From the human T2T-CHM13v2.0 reference genome, Homo sapiens: a stretch of DNA of 64,000 nucleotides. Location: the NCBI RefSeq assembly GCF_009914755.1, contig NC_060937.1. The stretch is one strand, 5' to 3'. The translations under genes and the position numbers were made by a program. Positions 1 through 14,600 of this stretch are shown here, in pieces (the first letter of the stretch is position 1; the number at the start of each line of letters is the position of its first letter). A model generated the notes under the pieces. It made no database searches. It was not told the origin of the DNA and was given only the letters and a program-made list of their open reading frames with translations.

Positions 1-2900
1 ACCCCAAATATATACTATATACTGTACATGAAATATCAAAGTTCACAAACTATATATTATATACTGTACATAAAATGTCAAAGTACCCAAGGTATATATT
101 CTATACTGTACAAAAAATATCAAAGTACCCAAAGCAAGTATTATATACTGTACATAAAATATGAAAGTACATCAAATATGTATTTTATTCTGTACACAAA
201 ATATCAAAGTACACCAAATATATATTCTATAGTGTACATAAAATATCAAAGTACCCAAACTATACATTATATACTGTACATAAAATATGAAATTACATCA
301 AATATATATTATATTAGGTACATAAAATATGAAAGTACATCAAATATAGATTATATACTGTACATAAAATACCAAAGTACCCCAAATACATATTATATAC
401 TGTACATGCAATATCAAATTTCACAATCTATATATTATATACTGTACATAAAATATCAAAGTACCGAAGGTATATATTCTATACTGTACAAAAAATATCA
501 AAGTACCCAAAGCAAGTATTATATACTGTACATAAAATATGAAAGTACATCAAATATATATTTTATTCTGTACATAAAATATCAAAGTACACCAAATATA
601 TATTCTATAGTTTACATAAAATATCAAAGTACCCAAACTATACATTATATACTGTACATAAAATATGAAATTACATCAAATATATATTATATTAGGTACA
701 TAAAATATGAAAGTAAATCAAATATAAATTATATACTGTACATAAAATACCAAAGTACCCCAAATATATATTATATACTGTACATGCAATATCAAAGTTC
801 ACAAACTATATATTATATACTGTACATAAAATATCAAAGTACCGAAGGTATATATTCTATACTCTACAAAAAATATCAAAGTACGCAAAGCATGTATTAT
901 ATACTGTACATAAAATATGAATGTACATCAAATATATATTTTATTCTGTACATAAAATATCAAAGTACACCAAATATATATTCTATAGTGTACATAAAAT
1001 ATCAAAGTACCCAAACTATACATTATATACTGTACAAAAAATATGAAATTACATCAAATATATATTATATTAGGTACATAAAATATGAAAGTACATCAAA
1101 TATAGATTATATACTGTACATAAAATACCAAAGAACCCCAAATATATATTATATACTGTACATGAAATATCAAAGTTCACAAACTATATATTATATACTG
1201 TACATAAAATATCAAAGTACCCAAGGTATATATTCTATACTGTACAAAAAATATCAAAGTACCCAAAGCATGTATTATATACTGTTAATAAAATATGAAA
1301 ATACATCAAATATATATTTTATTCTGTACATAAAATATCAAAGTACAACAAATATATATTCTATAGTGTACATAAAATATCAAATTACCCAAACTATACA
1401 TTATCTACTGCACATAAAATACGAAATTACATCAAATATATATTATATTAGGTACATAAAATATGAAAGTACATCAAATATAAATTATATACTGTACATA
1501 ACATATCAAAGTACCCCGAATATATATTATATACTGTACATGAAATATCAAAGTTCACAAACTATATATTATATACTGTACATGAAATATCAAAGAACCC
1601 AAGGTATATATTCTATACTGTACAAAAAATATCAAAGTACGCAAAACATGTATTATATAGTGTTCATAAAATATGAAAGTACATCAAATATATATTTTAT
1701 AATCTACATAAAATATCAAACTACACCAAATATATATTCTATAGTGTACATAAAATATCAAAGTACCCAAACTATACATTATATACTGTACATAAAATAT
1801 GAAATTACATCAAATATATATTACATTAGGTACATAAAATATGAAAGTACATCAAATATAGATTATATACTCTACATAAAATATCAAAGTACCACAAATA
1901 TACATTATATAGTGTACATGAAATATCAAAGCTCACAAACTATATATTATATACTGTACATAAAATATGAAATTACCCAATGTATATATTCTATATTGTA
2001 CAAAAAATATCAAAGTACCCAAAGCATGTATTATATACTGTACATAAAATATGAAAGTACATCAAATATATATTTTATTCTGTACATAAAATATCAAAGT
2101 ACACCAAATATATATTCTATAGTGTACATAAAATATCAAAGTACCCAAACTATACATAATAATCTGTACATAAAATATGAAATTACATCAAATATATACT
2201 ATATTATGTACATAAAATATGAAAGTAGATCAAATATAGATTATATACCGTACATAAAATACCAAAGTACCCCAAATACATATTTTATACTGTACATGCA
2301 ATATCAAAGTTCACAAACTATATATAATATACTGTACATAAAATATCAAAGTACCGAAAGTATATATTCTATACTGTACGAAAAATATTAAAGTACCCAA
2401 AGCATGTATTATATACTGTACATAAAATATGAAAGTACATCAAATATATATTTTATTCTGTACATAAAATATCAAAGTACACCAAATATATATTCTATAG
2501 TGTACATAAAATATCAAAGTACCCAAACTATACATTATATACTGTACATAAAATATGAAATTACATCAAATATATATTATATTAGGTACATAAAATATGA
2601 AAGTACATCAAATATAAATTATATACTGTACATAAAATACCAAAGAACCCCAAATACATATTATATACTGTACATGAAATATCAAAGTTCACAAACTATA
2701 TATTATATACTGTACATAAAATATCAAAGTACCCAAGGTATATATTCTATACTGTACAAAAAATATCAAAGTACCCAAAGCATGTATTATATACTGTTCA
2801 TAAAATATGAAAGTACATCAAATATATATTTTATTCTGTACATAAATATCAAATTACCCCAAATATATATTCTATAGTGTACATCAAATATCAAACTACC
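1..2900 (+). repeat. Left, more diverged domain of plain 378-bp HORs
   Basis: Many private substitutions per unit. m5 is 'ttttattctg' type. Lacks core markers (acatgaaatatatatttt, cccagact, aacatgaaattacatcc, E junction). Boundary approximate. Confidence 0.75.
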
Positions 2901-5037
2901 CAAACTATACATTATATACTGTACATAAAATATGAAATTACATCAAATATATATTATATTAGGTACATAAAATATGAAAGTACATCAAATATAGATTATA
3001 TACTGTACTTAAAATACCAAAGAACCCCAAATATATATTATATACTGTACATGAAATATCAAAGTTCACAAACTATATATTATATACTGTACATAAAATA
3101 TCAAAGTACCCAAGGTATATATTCTATACTGTACAAAAAATATCAAAGTACCCAAAGCATGTATTATATAGTGTATATAAAATATGAAAGTACATCAAAT
3201 ATATATTTAATTCTGTACATAAAATATCAAAGTACACCAAATATATATTCTATACTGTACATAAAATATCAAAGTACCCAAACTATACATTATATACTGT
3301 ACATAAAATATGAAATTACATCAAATATATATTATATTAGGTACATAAAATATGAAAGTACATCAAATATAGATTATACACTGTACATAAAATACCAAAG
3401 TACCCCAAATATATATTATATACTGTACATGAAATATCAAAGTTCACAAACTATATATTATATACTGTACATAAAATATCAAAGTACCCAAGGTATATAT
3501 TCTATACTGTACAAAAAATATCAAAGTTCCCAAAGCATGTATTATATACTGTTAATAAAATATGAAAGTACATCAAATATATATTTAATTCTGTACATAA
3601 AATATCAAAGTACACCAAATATATATTCTATAGTGTACATAAAATATCAAAGTACCCAAACTATACATTATATACTGTACATAAAATATGAAATTACATC
3701 AAATATATATTATATTAGGTACATAAAATATGAAAGTACATCAAATATAGATTATATACTGTACATAAAATACCAAAGTACCCCAAATACATATTATATA
3801 CTGTACATGAAATATCAAAGTTCACAAACTATATATTGTATACTGTACATAAAATATCAAAGTACCGAAGGGATATATTCTATACTGTACAAAAAATATC
3901 AAAGTACCCAAAGCATGTATTATATACTGTACATAAAATATGAAAGTACATGAAATATATATTTTATTCTGTACATAAAATATCAAAGTACACCAAATAT
4001 ATATTCTATAGTGTACATAAAATATCAAAGTACCCAGACTATACATTATATACTGTACATAAAACATGAAATTACATCCAATATATATTATATTAGGTAC
4101 ATAAAATATGAAAGTACATCAAATATAAATTATATACTGTACATAAAATACCAAAGTACCCCAAATATATATTATATACTGTACATGAAATATCAAAGTT
4201 CACAAACTATATATTATATACTGTACATAAAATATCAAAGTACCCAAGGTATATATTCTATACTGTACAAAAAATATCAAAGTACCCAAAGCATGTATTA
4301 TATAGTGTATATAAAATATGAAAGTACATCAAATATATATTTAATTCTGTACATAAAATATCAAAGTACACCAAATATATATTCTATAGTGTACATTAAA
4401 TATCAAACTACCCAAACTATACATTATATACTGTACATAAAATATGAAATTACATCAAATATATATTATATTAGGTACATAAAATATGAAAGTACATCAA
4501 ATATAGATTATACACTGTACATAAAATACCAAAGAACCCCAAATATATATTATATACTGTACATGAAATATCAAAGTTCACAAACTATATATTATATACT
4601 GTACATAAAATATCAAAGTACCCAAGGTATATATTCTATACTGTACAAAAAATATCAAAGTACCCAAAGCATGTATTATATAGTGTATATAAAATATGAA
4701 AGTACATCAAATATATATTTAATTCTGTACATAAAATATCAAAGTACACCAAATATATATTCTATACTGTACATAAAATATCAAAGTACCCAAACTATAC
4801 ATTATATACTGTACATAAAATATGAAATTACATCAAATATATATTATATTAGGTACATAAAATATGAAAGTACATCAAATATAGATTATACACTGTACAT
4901 AAAATACCAAAGAACCCCAAATATATATTATATACTGTACATGAAATATCAAAGTTCACAAACTATATATTATATAATGTACATAAAATATCAAAGTACC
5001 CAAGGTATATATTCTATACTGTACAAAAAATATCAAA

Positions 5038-5288
5038 GTACGCAAACATGTATTATATACTGTACATAAAATATGAAATTACATCAAATATATATTATAT
5101 TAGGTACATAAAATATGAAAGTACATCAAATATACATTATATAATGTACATAAAATACCAAAGTACCCCAAATATATATTATATACTGTACATGAAATAT
5201 CAAAGTTCACAAACTATATATTATATACTGTACATAAAATATCAAAGTACCCAAGGTATATATTCTATACTGTACAAAAAATATCAAA
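5038..5288 (+). repeat. First of 24 copies of a truncated 251-bp (6-monomer, -1 bp) HOR variant (unit E)
   Basis: Junction 'gtacgcaaacatgtattatatactgtacataaaatatgaaattac' joins m4 directly to m8 (m5-m7 missing, 126 bp) with a 1-bp deletion. Junction ATG positions: 5048, 6055, 7817, 9705, 10712, 12475, 14616, 16715, 19990, 21753, 25028, 28303, 31578, 33719, 36616, 39135, 42410, 44173, 47448, 50345, 51730, 55005, 59412, 61553. Confidence 0.93.
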
Positions 5289-5666
5289 GTACCCAAAGCA
5301 TGTATTATATAGTGTATATAAAATATGAAAGTACATCAAATATATATTTAATTCTGTACATAAAATATCAAAGTACACCAAATATATATTCTATAGTGTA
5401 CATTAAATATCAAACTACCCAAACTATACATTATATACTGTACATAAAATATGAAATTACATCAAATATATATTATATTAGGTACATAAAATATGAAAGT
5501 ACATCAAATATAGATTATACACTGTACATAAAATACCAAAGAACCCCAAATATATATTATATACTGTACATGAAATATCAAAGTTCAAAAACTATATATT
5601 ATATACTGTACATAAAATATCAAAGTACCCAAGGTATATATTCTATACTGTACAAACAATATCAAA
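5289..5666 (+). repeat. Example of the 378-bp (9 x 42 bp) higher-order repeat unit that tiles the array
   Basis: Nine distinguishable monomers recur in fixed order (translated: m1 STPN..MKYQ, m2 SSQT, m3 STQG-IYS..KKYQ, m4 STQSM..YE, m5 STSN-IYF/L, m6 STPN-IYS, m7 STQT-IH..YE, m8 ITSN..IR..YE, m9 STSN-ID). 'gtacccaaagcatg' occurs at 5289 and again at 5667, 378 bp apart; 'attaggtac' occurs once per unit. Confidence 0.97.
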
Positions 5667-8600
5667 GTACCCAAAGCATGTATTATATAGTGTATATAAA
5701 ATATGAAAGTACATCAAATATATATTTAATTCTGTACATAAAATATCAAAGTACACCAAATATATATTCTATACTGTACATAAAATATCAAAGTACCCAA
5801 ACTATACATTATACACTGTACATAAAATATGAAATTACATCAAATATATATTATATTAGGTACATAAAATATGAAAGTACATCAAATATAGATTATACAC
5901 TGTACATAAAATACCAAAGAACCCCAAATATATATTATATACTGTACATGAAATATCAAAGTTCACAAACTATATATTATATAATGTACATAAAATATCA
6001 AAGTACCCAAGGTATATATTCTATACTGTACAAAAAATATCAAAGTACGCAAACATGTATTATATACTGTACATAAAATATGAAATTACATCAAATATAT
6101 ATTATATTAGGTACATAAAATATGAAAGTACATCAAATATACATTATATAATGTACATAAAATACCAAAGTACCCCAAATATATATTATATACTGTACAT
6201 GAAATATCAAAGTTCACAAACTATATATTATATACTGTACATAAAATATCAAAGTACCCAAGGTATATATTCTATACTGTACAAAAAATATCAAAGTTCC
6301 CAAAGCATGTATTATATACTGTTAATAAAATATGAAAGTACATCAAATATATATTTAATTCTGTACATAAAATATCAAAGTACACCAAATATATATTCTA
6401 TAGTGTACATAAAATATCAAAGTACCCAAACTATACATTATATACTGTACATAAAATATGAAATTACATCAAATATATATTATATTAGGTACATAAAATA
6501 TGAAAGTACATCAAATATAGATTATATACTGTACATAAAATACCAAAGTACCCCAAATACATATTATATACTGTACATGAAATATCAAAGTTCACAAACT
6601 ATATATTGTATACTGTACATAAAATATCAAAGTACCGAAGGGATATATTCTATACTGTACAAAAATATCAAAGTACCCAAAGCATGTATTATATACTGTA
6701 CATAAAATATGAAAGTACATGAAATATATATTTTATTCTGTACATAAAATATCAAAGTACACCAAATATATATTCTATAGTGTACATAAAATATCAAAGT
6801 ACCCAGACTATACATTATATACTGTACATAAAACATGAAATTACATCCAATATATATTATATTAGGTACATAAAATATGAAAGTACATCAAATATAAATT
6901 ATATACTGTACATAAAATACCAAAGTACCCCAAATATATATTATATACTGTACATGAAATATCAAAGTTCACAAACTATATATTATATACTGTACATAAA
7001 ATATCAAAGTACCCAAGGTATATATTCTATACTGTACAAAAAATATCAAAGTACCCAAAGCATGTATTATATAGTGTATATAAAATATGAAAGTACATCA
7101 AATATATATTTAATTCTGTACATAAAATATCAAAGTACACCAAATATATATTCTATAGTGTACATTAAATATCAAACTACCCAAACTATACATTATATAC
7201 TGTACATAAAATATGAAATTACATCAAATATATATTATATTAGGTACATAAAATATGAAAGTACATCAAATATAGATTATACACTGTACATAAAATACCA
7301 AAGAACCCCAAATATATATTATATACTGTACATGAAATATCAAAGTTCACAAACTATATATTATATACTGTACATAAAATATCAAAGTACCCAAGGTATA
7401 TATTCTATACTGTACAAAAAATATCAAAGTACCCAAAGCATGTATTATATAGTGTATATAAAATATGAAAGTACATCAAATATATATTTAATTCTGTACA
7501 TAAAATATCAAAGTACACCAAATATATATTCTATACTGTACATAAAATATCAAAGTACTCAAACTATACATTATATACTGTACATAAAATATGAAATTAC
7601 ATCAAATATATATTATATTAGGTACATAAAATATGAAAGTACATCAAATATAGATTATACACTGTACATAAAATACCAAAGAACCCCAAATATATATTAT
7701 ATACTGTACATGAAATATCAAAGTTCACAAACTATATATTATATAATGTACATAAAATATCAAAGTACCCAAGGTATATATTCTATACTGTACAAAAAAT
7801 ATCAAAGTACGCAAACATGTATTATATACTGTACATAAAATATGAAATTACATCAAATATATATTATATTAGGTACATAAAATATGAAAGTACATCAAAT
7901 ATACATTATATAATGTACATAAAATACCAAAGTACCCCAAATATATATTATATACTGTACATGAAATATCAAAGTTCACAAACTATATATTATATACTGT
8001 ACATAAAATATCAAAGTACCCAAGGTATATATTCTATACTGTACAAAAAATACCAAAGTTCCCAAAGCATGTATTATATACTGTTAATAAAATATGAAAG
8101 TACATCAAATATATATTTAATTCTGTACATAAAATATCAAAGTACACCAAATATATATTCTATAGTGTACATAAAATATCAAAGTACCCAAACTATACAT
8201 TATATACTGTACATAAAATATGAAATTACATCAAATATATATTATATTAGGTACATAAAATATGAAAGTACATCAAATATAGATTATATACTGTACATAA
8301 AATACCAAAGTACCCCAAATACATATTATATACTGTACATGAAATATCAAAGTTCACAAACTATATATTGTATACTGTACATAAAATATCAAAGTACCGA
8401 AGGGATATATTCTATACTGTACAAAAAATATCAAAGTACCCAAAGCATGTATTATATACTGTACATAAAATAAGAAAGTACATGAAATATATATTTTATT
8501 CTGTACATAAAATATCAAAGTACACCAAATATATATTCTATAGTGTACATAAAATATCAAAGTACCCAAACTATACATTATATACTGTACATAAAATATG

Positions 8601-11600
8601 AAATTACATCAAATATATATTATATTAGGTACATAAAATATGAAAGTACATCAAATATAAATTATATACTGTACATAAAATACCAAAGAACCCCAAATAC
8701 ATATTATATACTGTACATGAAATATCAAAGTTCACAAACTATATATTATATACTGTACATAAAATATCAAAGTACCCAAGGTATATATTCTATACTGTAC
8801 AAAAAATATCAAAGTACCCAAAGCATGTATTATATACTGTTCATAAAATATGAAAGTACATCAAATATATATTTTATTCTGTACATAAATATCAAATTAC
8901 CCCAAATATATATTCTATAGTGTACATCAAATATCAAACTACCCAAACTATACATTATATACTGTACATAAAATATGAAATTACATCAAATATATATTAT
9001 ATTAGGTACATAAAATATGAAAGTACATCAAATATAGATTATATACTGTACATAAAATACCAAAGAACCCCAAATATATATTATATACTGTACATGAAAT
9101 ATCAAAGTTCACAAACTATATATTATATACTGTACATAAAATATCAAAGTACCCAAGGTATATATTCTATACTGTACAAAAAATATCAAAGTACCCAAAG
9201 CATGTATTATATAGTGTATATAAAATATGAAAGTACATCAAATATATATTTAATTCTGTACATAAAATATCAAAGTACACCAAATATATATTCTATACTG
9301 TACATAAAATATCAAAGTACCCAAACTATACATTATATACTGTACATAAAATATGAAATTACATCAAATATATATTATATTAGGTACATAAAATATGAAA
9401 GTACATCAAATATAGATTATACACTGTACATAAAATACCAAAGTACCCCAAATATATATTATATACTGTATATGAAATATCAAAGTTCACAAACTATATA
9501 TTATATACTGTACATAAAATATCAAAGTACCCAAGATATATATTCTATACTGTACAAAAAATATCAAAGTTCCCAAAGCATGTATTATATACTGTTAATA
9601 AAATATGAAAGTACATCAAATATATATTTAATTCTGTACATAAAATATCAAAGTACCCAAGGTATATATTCTATAGTGTACAAAAAATATCAAAGTACGC
9701 AAACATGTATTATATACTGTACATAAAATATGAAATTACATCAAATATATATTATATTAGGTACATAAAATATGAAAGTACATCAAATATACATTATATA
9801 ATGTACATAAAATACCAAAGTACCCCAAATATATATTATATACTGTACATGAAATATCAAAGTTCACAAACTATATATTGTATACTGTACATAAAATATC
9901 AAAGTACCGAAGGGATATATTCTATACTGTACAAAAAATATCAAAGTACCCAAAGCATGTATTATATACTGTACATAAAATATGAAAGTACATGAAATAT
10001 ATATTTTATTCTGTACATAAAATATCAAAGTACACCAAATATATATTCTATAGTGTACATAAAATATCAAAGTACCCAGACTATACATTATATACTGTAC
10101 ATAAAACATGAAATTACATCCAATATATATTATATTAGGTACATAAAATATGAAAGTACATCAAATATAAATTATATACTGTACATAAAATACCAAAGTA
10201 CCCCAAATATATATTATATACTGTACATGAAATATCAAAGTTCACAAACTATATATTATATACTGTACATAAAATATCAAAGTACCCAAGGTATATATTC
10301 TATACTGTACAAAAAATATCAAAGTACCCAAAGCATGTATTATATAGTGTATATAAAATATGAAAGTACATCAAATATATATTTAATTCTGTACATAAAA
10401 TATCAAAGTACACCAAATATATATTCTATAGTGTACATTAAATATCAAACTACCCAAACTATACATTATATACTGTACATAAAATATGAAATTACATCAA
10501 ATATATATTATATTAGGTACATAAAATATGAAAGTACATCAAATATAGATTATACACTGTACATAAAATACCAAAGAACCCCAAATATATATTATATACT
10601 GTACATGAAATATCAAAGTTCACAAACTATATATTATATAATGTACATAAAATATCAAAGTACCCAAGGTATATATTCTATACTGTACAAAAAATATCAA
10701 AGTACGCAAACATGTATTATATACTGTACATAAAATATGAAATTACATCAAATATATATTATATTAGGTACATAAAATATGAAAGTACATCAAATATACA
10801 TTATATAATGTACATAAAATACCAAAGTACCCCAAATATATATTATATACTGTACATGAAATATCAAAGTTCACAAACTATATATTATATACTGTACATA
10901 AAATATCAAAGTACCCAAGGTATATATTCTATACTGTACAAAAAATATCAAAGTTCCCAAAGCATGTATTATATACTGTTAATAAAATATGAAAGTACAT
11001 CAAATATATATTTAATTCTGTACATAAAATATCAAAGTACACCAAATATATATTCTATAGTGTACATAAAATATCAAAGTACCCAAACTATACATTATAT
11101 ACTGTACATAAAATATGAAATTACATCAAATATATATTATATTAGGTACATAAAATATGAAAGTACATCAAATATAGATTATATACTGTACATAAAATAC
11201 CAAAGTACCCCAAATACATATTATATACTGTACATGAAATATCAAAGTTCACAAACTATATATTGTATACTGTACATAAAATATCAAAGTACCGAAGGGA
11301 TATATTCTATACTGTACAAAAAATATCAAAGTACCCAAAGCATGTATTATATACTGTACATAAAATATGAAAGTACATGAAATATATATTTTATTCTGTA
11401 CATAAAATATCAAAGTACACCAAATATATATTCTATAGTGTACATAAAATATCAAAGTACCCAGACTATACATTATATACTGTACATAAAACATGAAATT
11501 ACATCCAATATATATTATATTAGGTACATAAAATATGAAAGTACATCAAATATAAATTATATACTGTACATAAAATACCAAAGTACCCCAAATATATATT

Positions 11601-14600
11601 ATATACTGTACATGAAATATCAAAGTTCACAAACTATATATTATATACTGTACATAAAATATCAAAGTACCCAAGGTATACATTCTATACTGTACAAAAA
11701 ATATCAAAGTACCCAAAGCATGTATTATATAGTGTATATAAAATATGAAAGTACATCAAATATATATTTAATTCTGTACATAAAATATCAAAGTACACCA
11801 AATATATATTCTATAGTGTACATTAAATATCAAACTACCCAAACTATACATTATATACTGTACATAAAATATGAAATTACATCAAATATATATTATATTA
11901 GGTACATAAAATATGAAAGTACATCAAATATAGATTATACACTGTACATAAAATACCAAAGAACCCCAAATATATATTATATACTGTACATGAAATATCA
12001 AAGTTCACAAACTATATATTATATACTGTACATAAAATATCAAAGTACCCAAGGTATATATTCTATACTGTACAAAAAATATCAAAGTACCCAAAGCATG
12101 TATTATATAGTGTATATAAAATATGAAAGTACATCAAATATATATTTAATTCTGTACATAAAATATCAAAGTACACCAAATATATATTCTATACTGTACA
12201 TAAAATATCAAAGTACCCAAACTATACATTATATACTGTACATAAAATATGAAATTACATCAAATATATATTATATTAGGTACATAAAATATGAAAGTAC
12301 ATCAAATATAGATTATACACTGTACATAAAATACCAAAGAACCCCAAATATATATTATATACTGTACATGAAATATCAAAGTTCACAAACTATATATTAT
12401 ATAATGTACATAAAATATCAAAGTACCCAAGGTATATATTCTATACTGTACAAAAAATATCAAAGTACGCAAACATGTATTATATACTGTACATAAACTA
12501 TGAAATTACATCAAATATATATTATATTAGGTACATAAAATATGAAAGTACATCAAATATACATTATATAATGTACATAAAATACCAAAGTACCCCAAAT
12601 ATATATTATATACTGTACATGAAATATCAAAGTTCACAAACTATATATTATATACTGTACATAAAATATCAAAGTACCAAAGGGATATATTCTATAATGT
12701 ACAAAAAATATCAAAGTACCCAAAGCATGTATTATATACTGTACATAAAATATGAAAGTACATGAAATATATATTTTATTCTGTACATAAAATATCAAAG
12801 TACACCAAATATATATTCTATAGTGTACATAAAATATCAAAGTACCCAGACTATACATTATATACTGTACATAAAACATGAAATTACATCCAATATATAT
12901 TATATTTGGTACATAAAATATGAAAGTACATCAAATATAAATTATATACTGTACATAAAATACCAAAGTACCCCAAATATATATTATATACTGTACATGA
13001 AATATCAAAGTTCACAAACTATATATTATATACTGTACATAAAATATCAAAGTACCCAAGGTATATATTCTATACTGTACAAAAAATATCAAAGTTCCCA
13101 AAGCATGTATTATATACTGTTAATAAAATATGAAAGTACATCAAATATATATTTAATTCTGTACATAAAATATCAAAGTACACCAAATATATATTCTATA
13201 GTGTACATAAAATATCAAAGTACCCAAACTATACATTATATACTGTACATAAAATATGAAATTACATCAAATATATATTATATTAGGTACATAAAATATG
13301 AAAGTACATCAAATATAGATTATATACTGTACATAAAATACCAAAGTACCCCAAATACATATTATATACTGTACATGAAATATCAAAGTTCACAAACTAT
13401 ATATTGTATACTGTACATAAAATATCAAAGTACCGAAGGGATATATTCTATACTGTACAAAAAATATCAAAGTACCCAAAGCATGTATTATATACTGTAC
13501 ATAAAATATGAAAGTACATGAAATATATATTTTATTCTGTACATAAAATATCAAAGTACACCAAATATATATTCTATAGTGTACATAAAATATCAAAGTA
13601 CCCAGACTATACATTATATACTGTACATAAAACATGAAATTACATCCAATATATATTATATTAGGTACATAAAATATGAAAGTACATCAAATATAAATTA
13701 TATACTGTACATAAAATACCAAAGTACCCCAAATATATATTATATACTGTACATGAAATATCAAAGTTCACAAACTATATATTATATACTGTACATAAAA
13801 TATCAAAGTACCCAAGGTATATATTCTATACTGTACAAAAAATATCAAAGTACCCAAAGCATGTATTATATAGTGTATATAAAATATGAAAGTACATCAA
13901 ATATATATTTAATTCTGTACATAAAATATCAAAGTACACCAAATATATATTCTATAGTGTACATTAAATATCAAACTACCCAAACTATACATTATATACT
14001 GTACATAAAATATGAAATTACATCAAATATATATTATATTAGGTACATAAAATATGAAAGTACATCAAATATAGATTATACACTGTACATAAAATACCAA
14101 AGAACCCCAAATATATATTATATACTGTACATGAAATATCAAAGTTCACAAACTATATATTATATACTGTACATAAAATATCAAAGTACCCAAGGTATAT
14201 ATTCTATACTGTACAAAAAATATCAAAGTACCCAAAGCATGTATTATATAGTGTATATAAAATATGAAAGTACATCAAATATATATTTAATTCTGTACAT
14301 AAAATATCAAAGTACACCAAATATATATTCTATACTGTACATAAAATATCAAAGTACCCAAACTATACATTATATACTGTACATAAAATATGAAATTACA
14401 TCAAATATATATTATATTAGGTACATAAAATATGAAAGTACATCAAATATAGATTATACACTGTACATAAAATACCAAAGAACCCCAAATATATATTATA
14501 TACTGTACATGAAATATCAAAGTTCACAAACTATATATTATATAATGTACATAAAATATCAAAGTACCCAAGATATATATTCTATACTGTACAAAAAATA

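Noticed and set aside
47-70. Hairpin/cruciform potential of 'tatatattatata' and TGTACA palindromes in each monomer
   Set aside because: Stems are short and AT-only, and are a generic property of this satellite. Nothing is specific to this window.
3170-3190. TATA-box-like TATAAAA in 'gtgtatataaaat' of B/C units
   Set aside because: It is a single substitution from the consensus in very AT-rich DNA, with no other promoter evidence.
6655-6670. Singleton 1-bp deletions (A-run at ~6661; also ~56750)
   Set aside because: Both are within or next to homopolymers and not shared with other copies. They may be consensus errors and are uninformative without reads.
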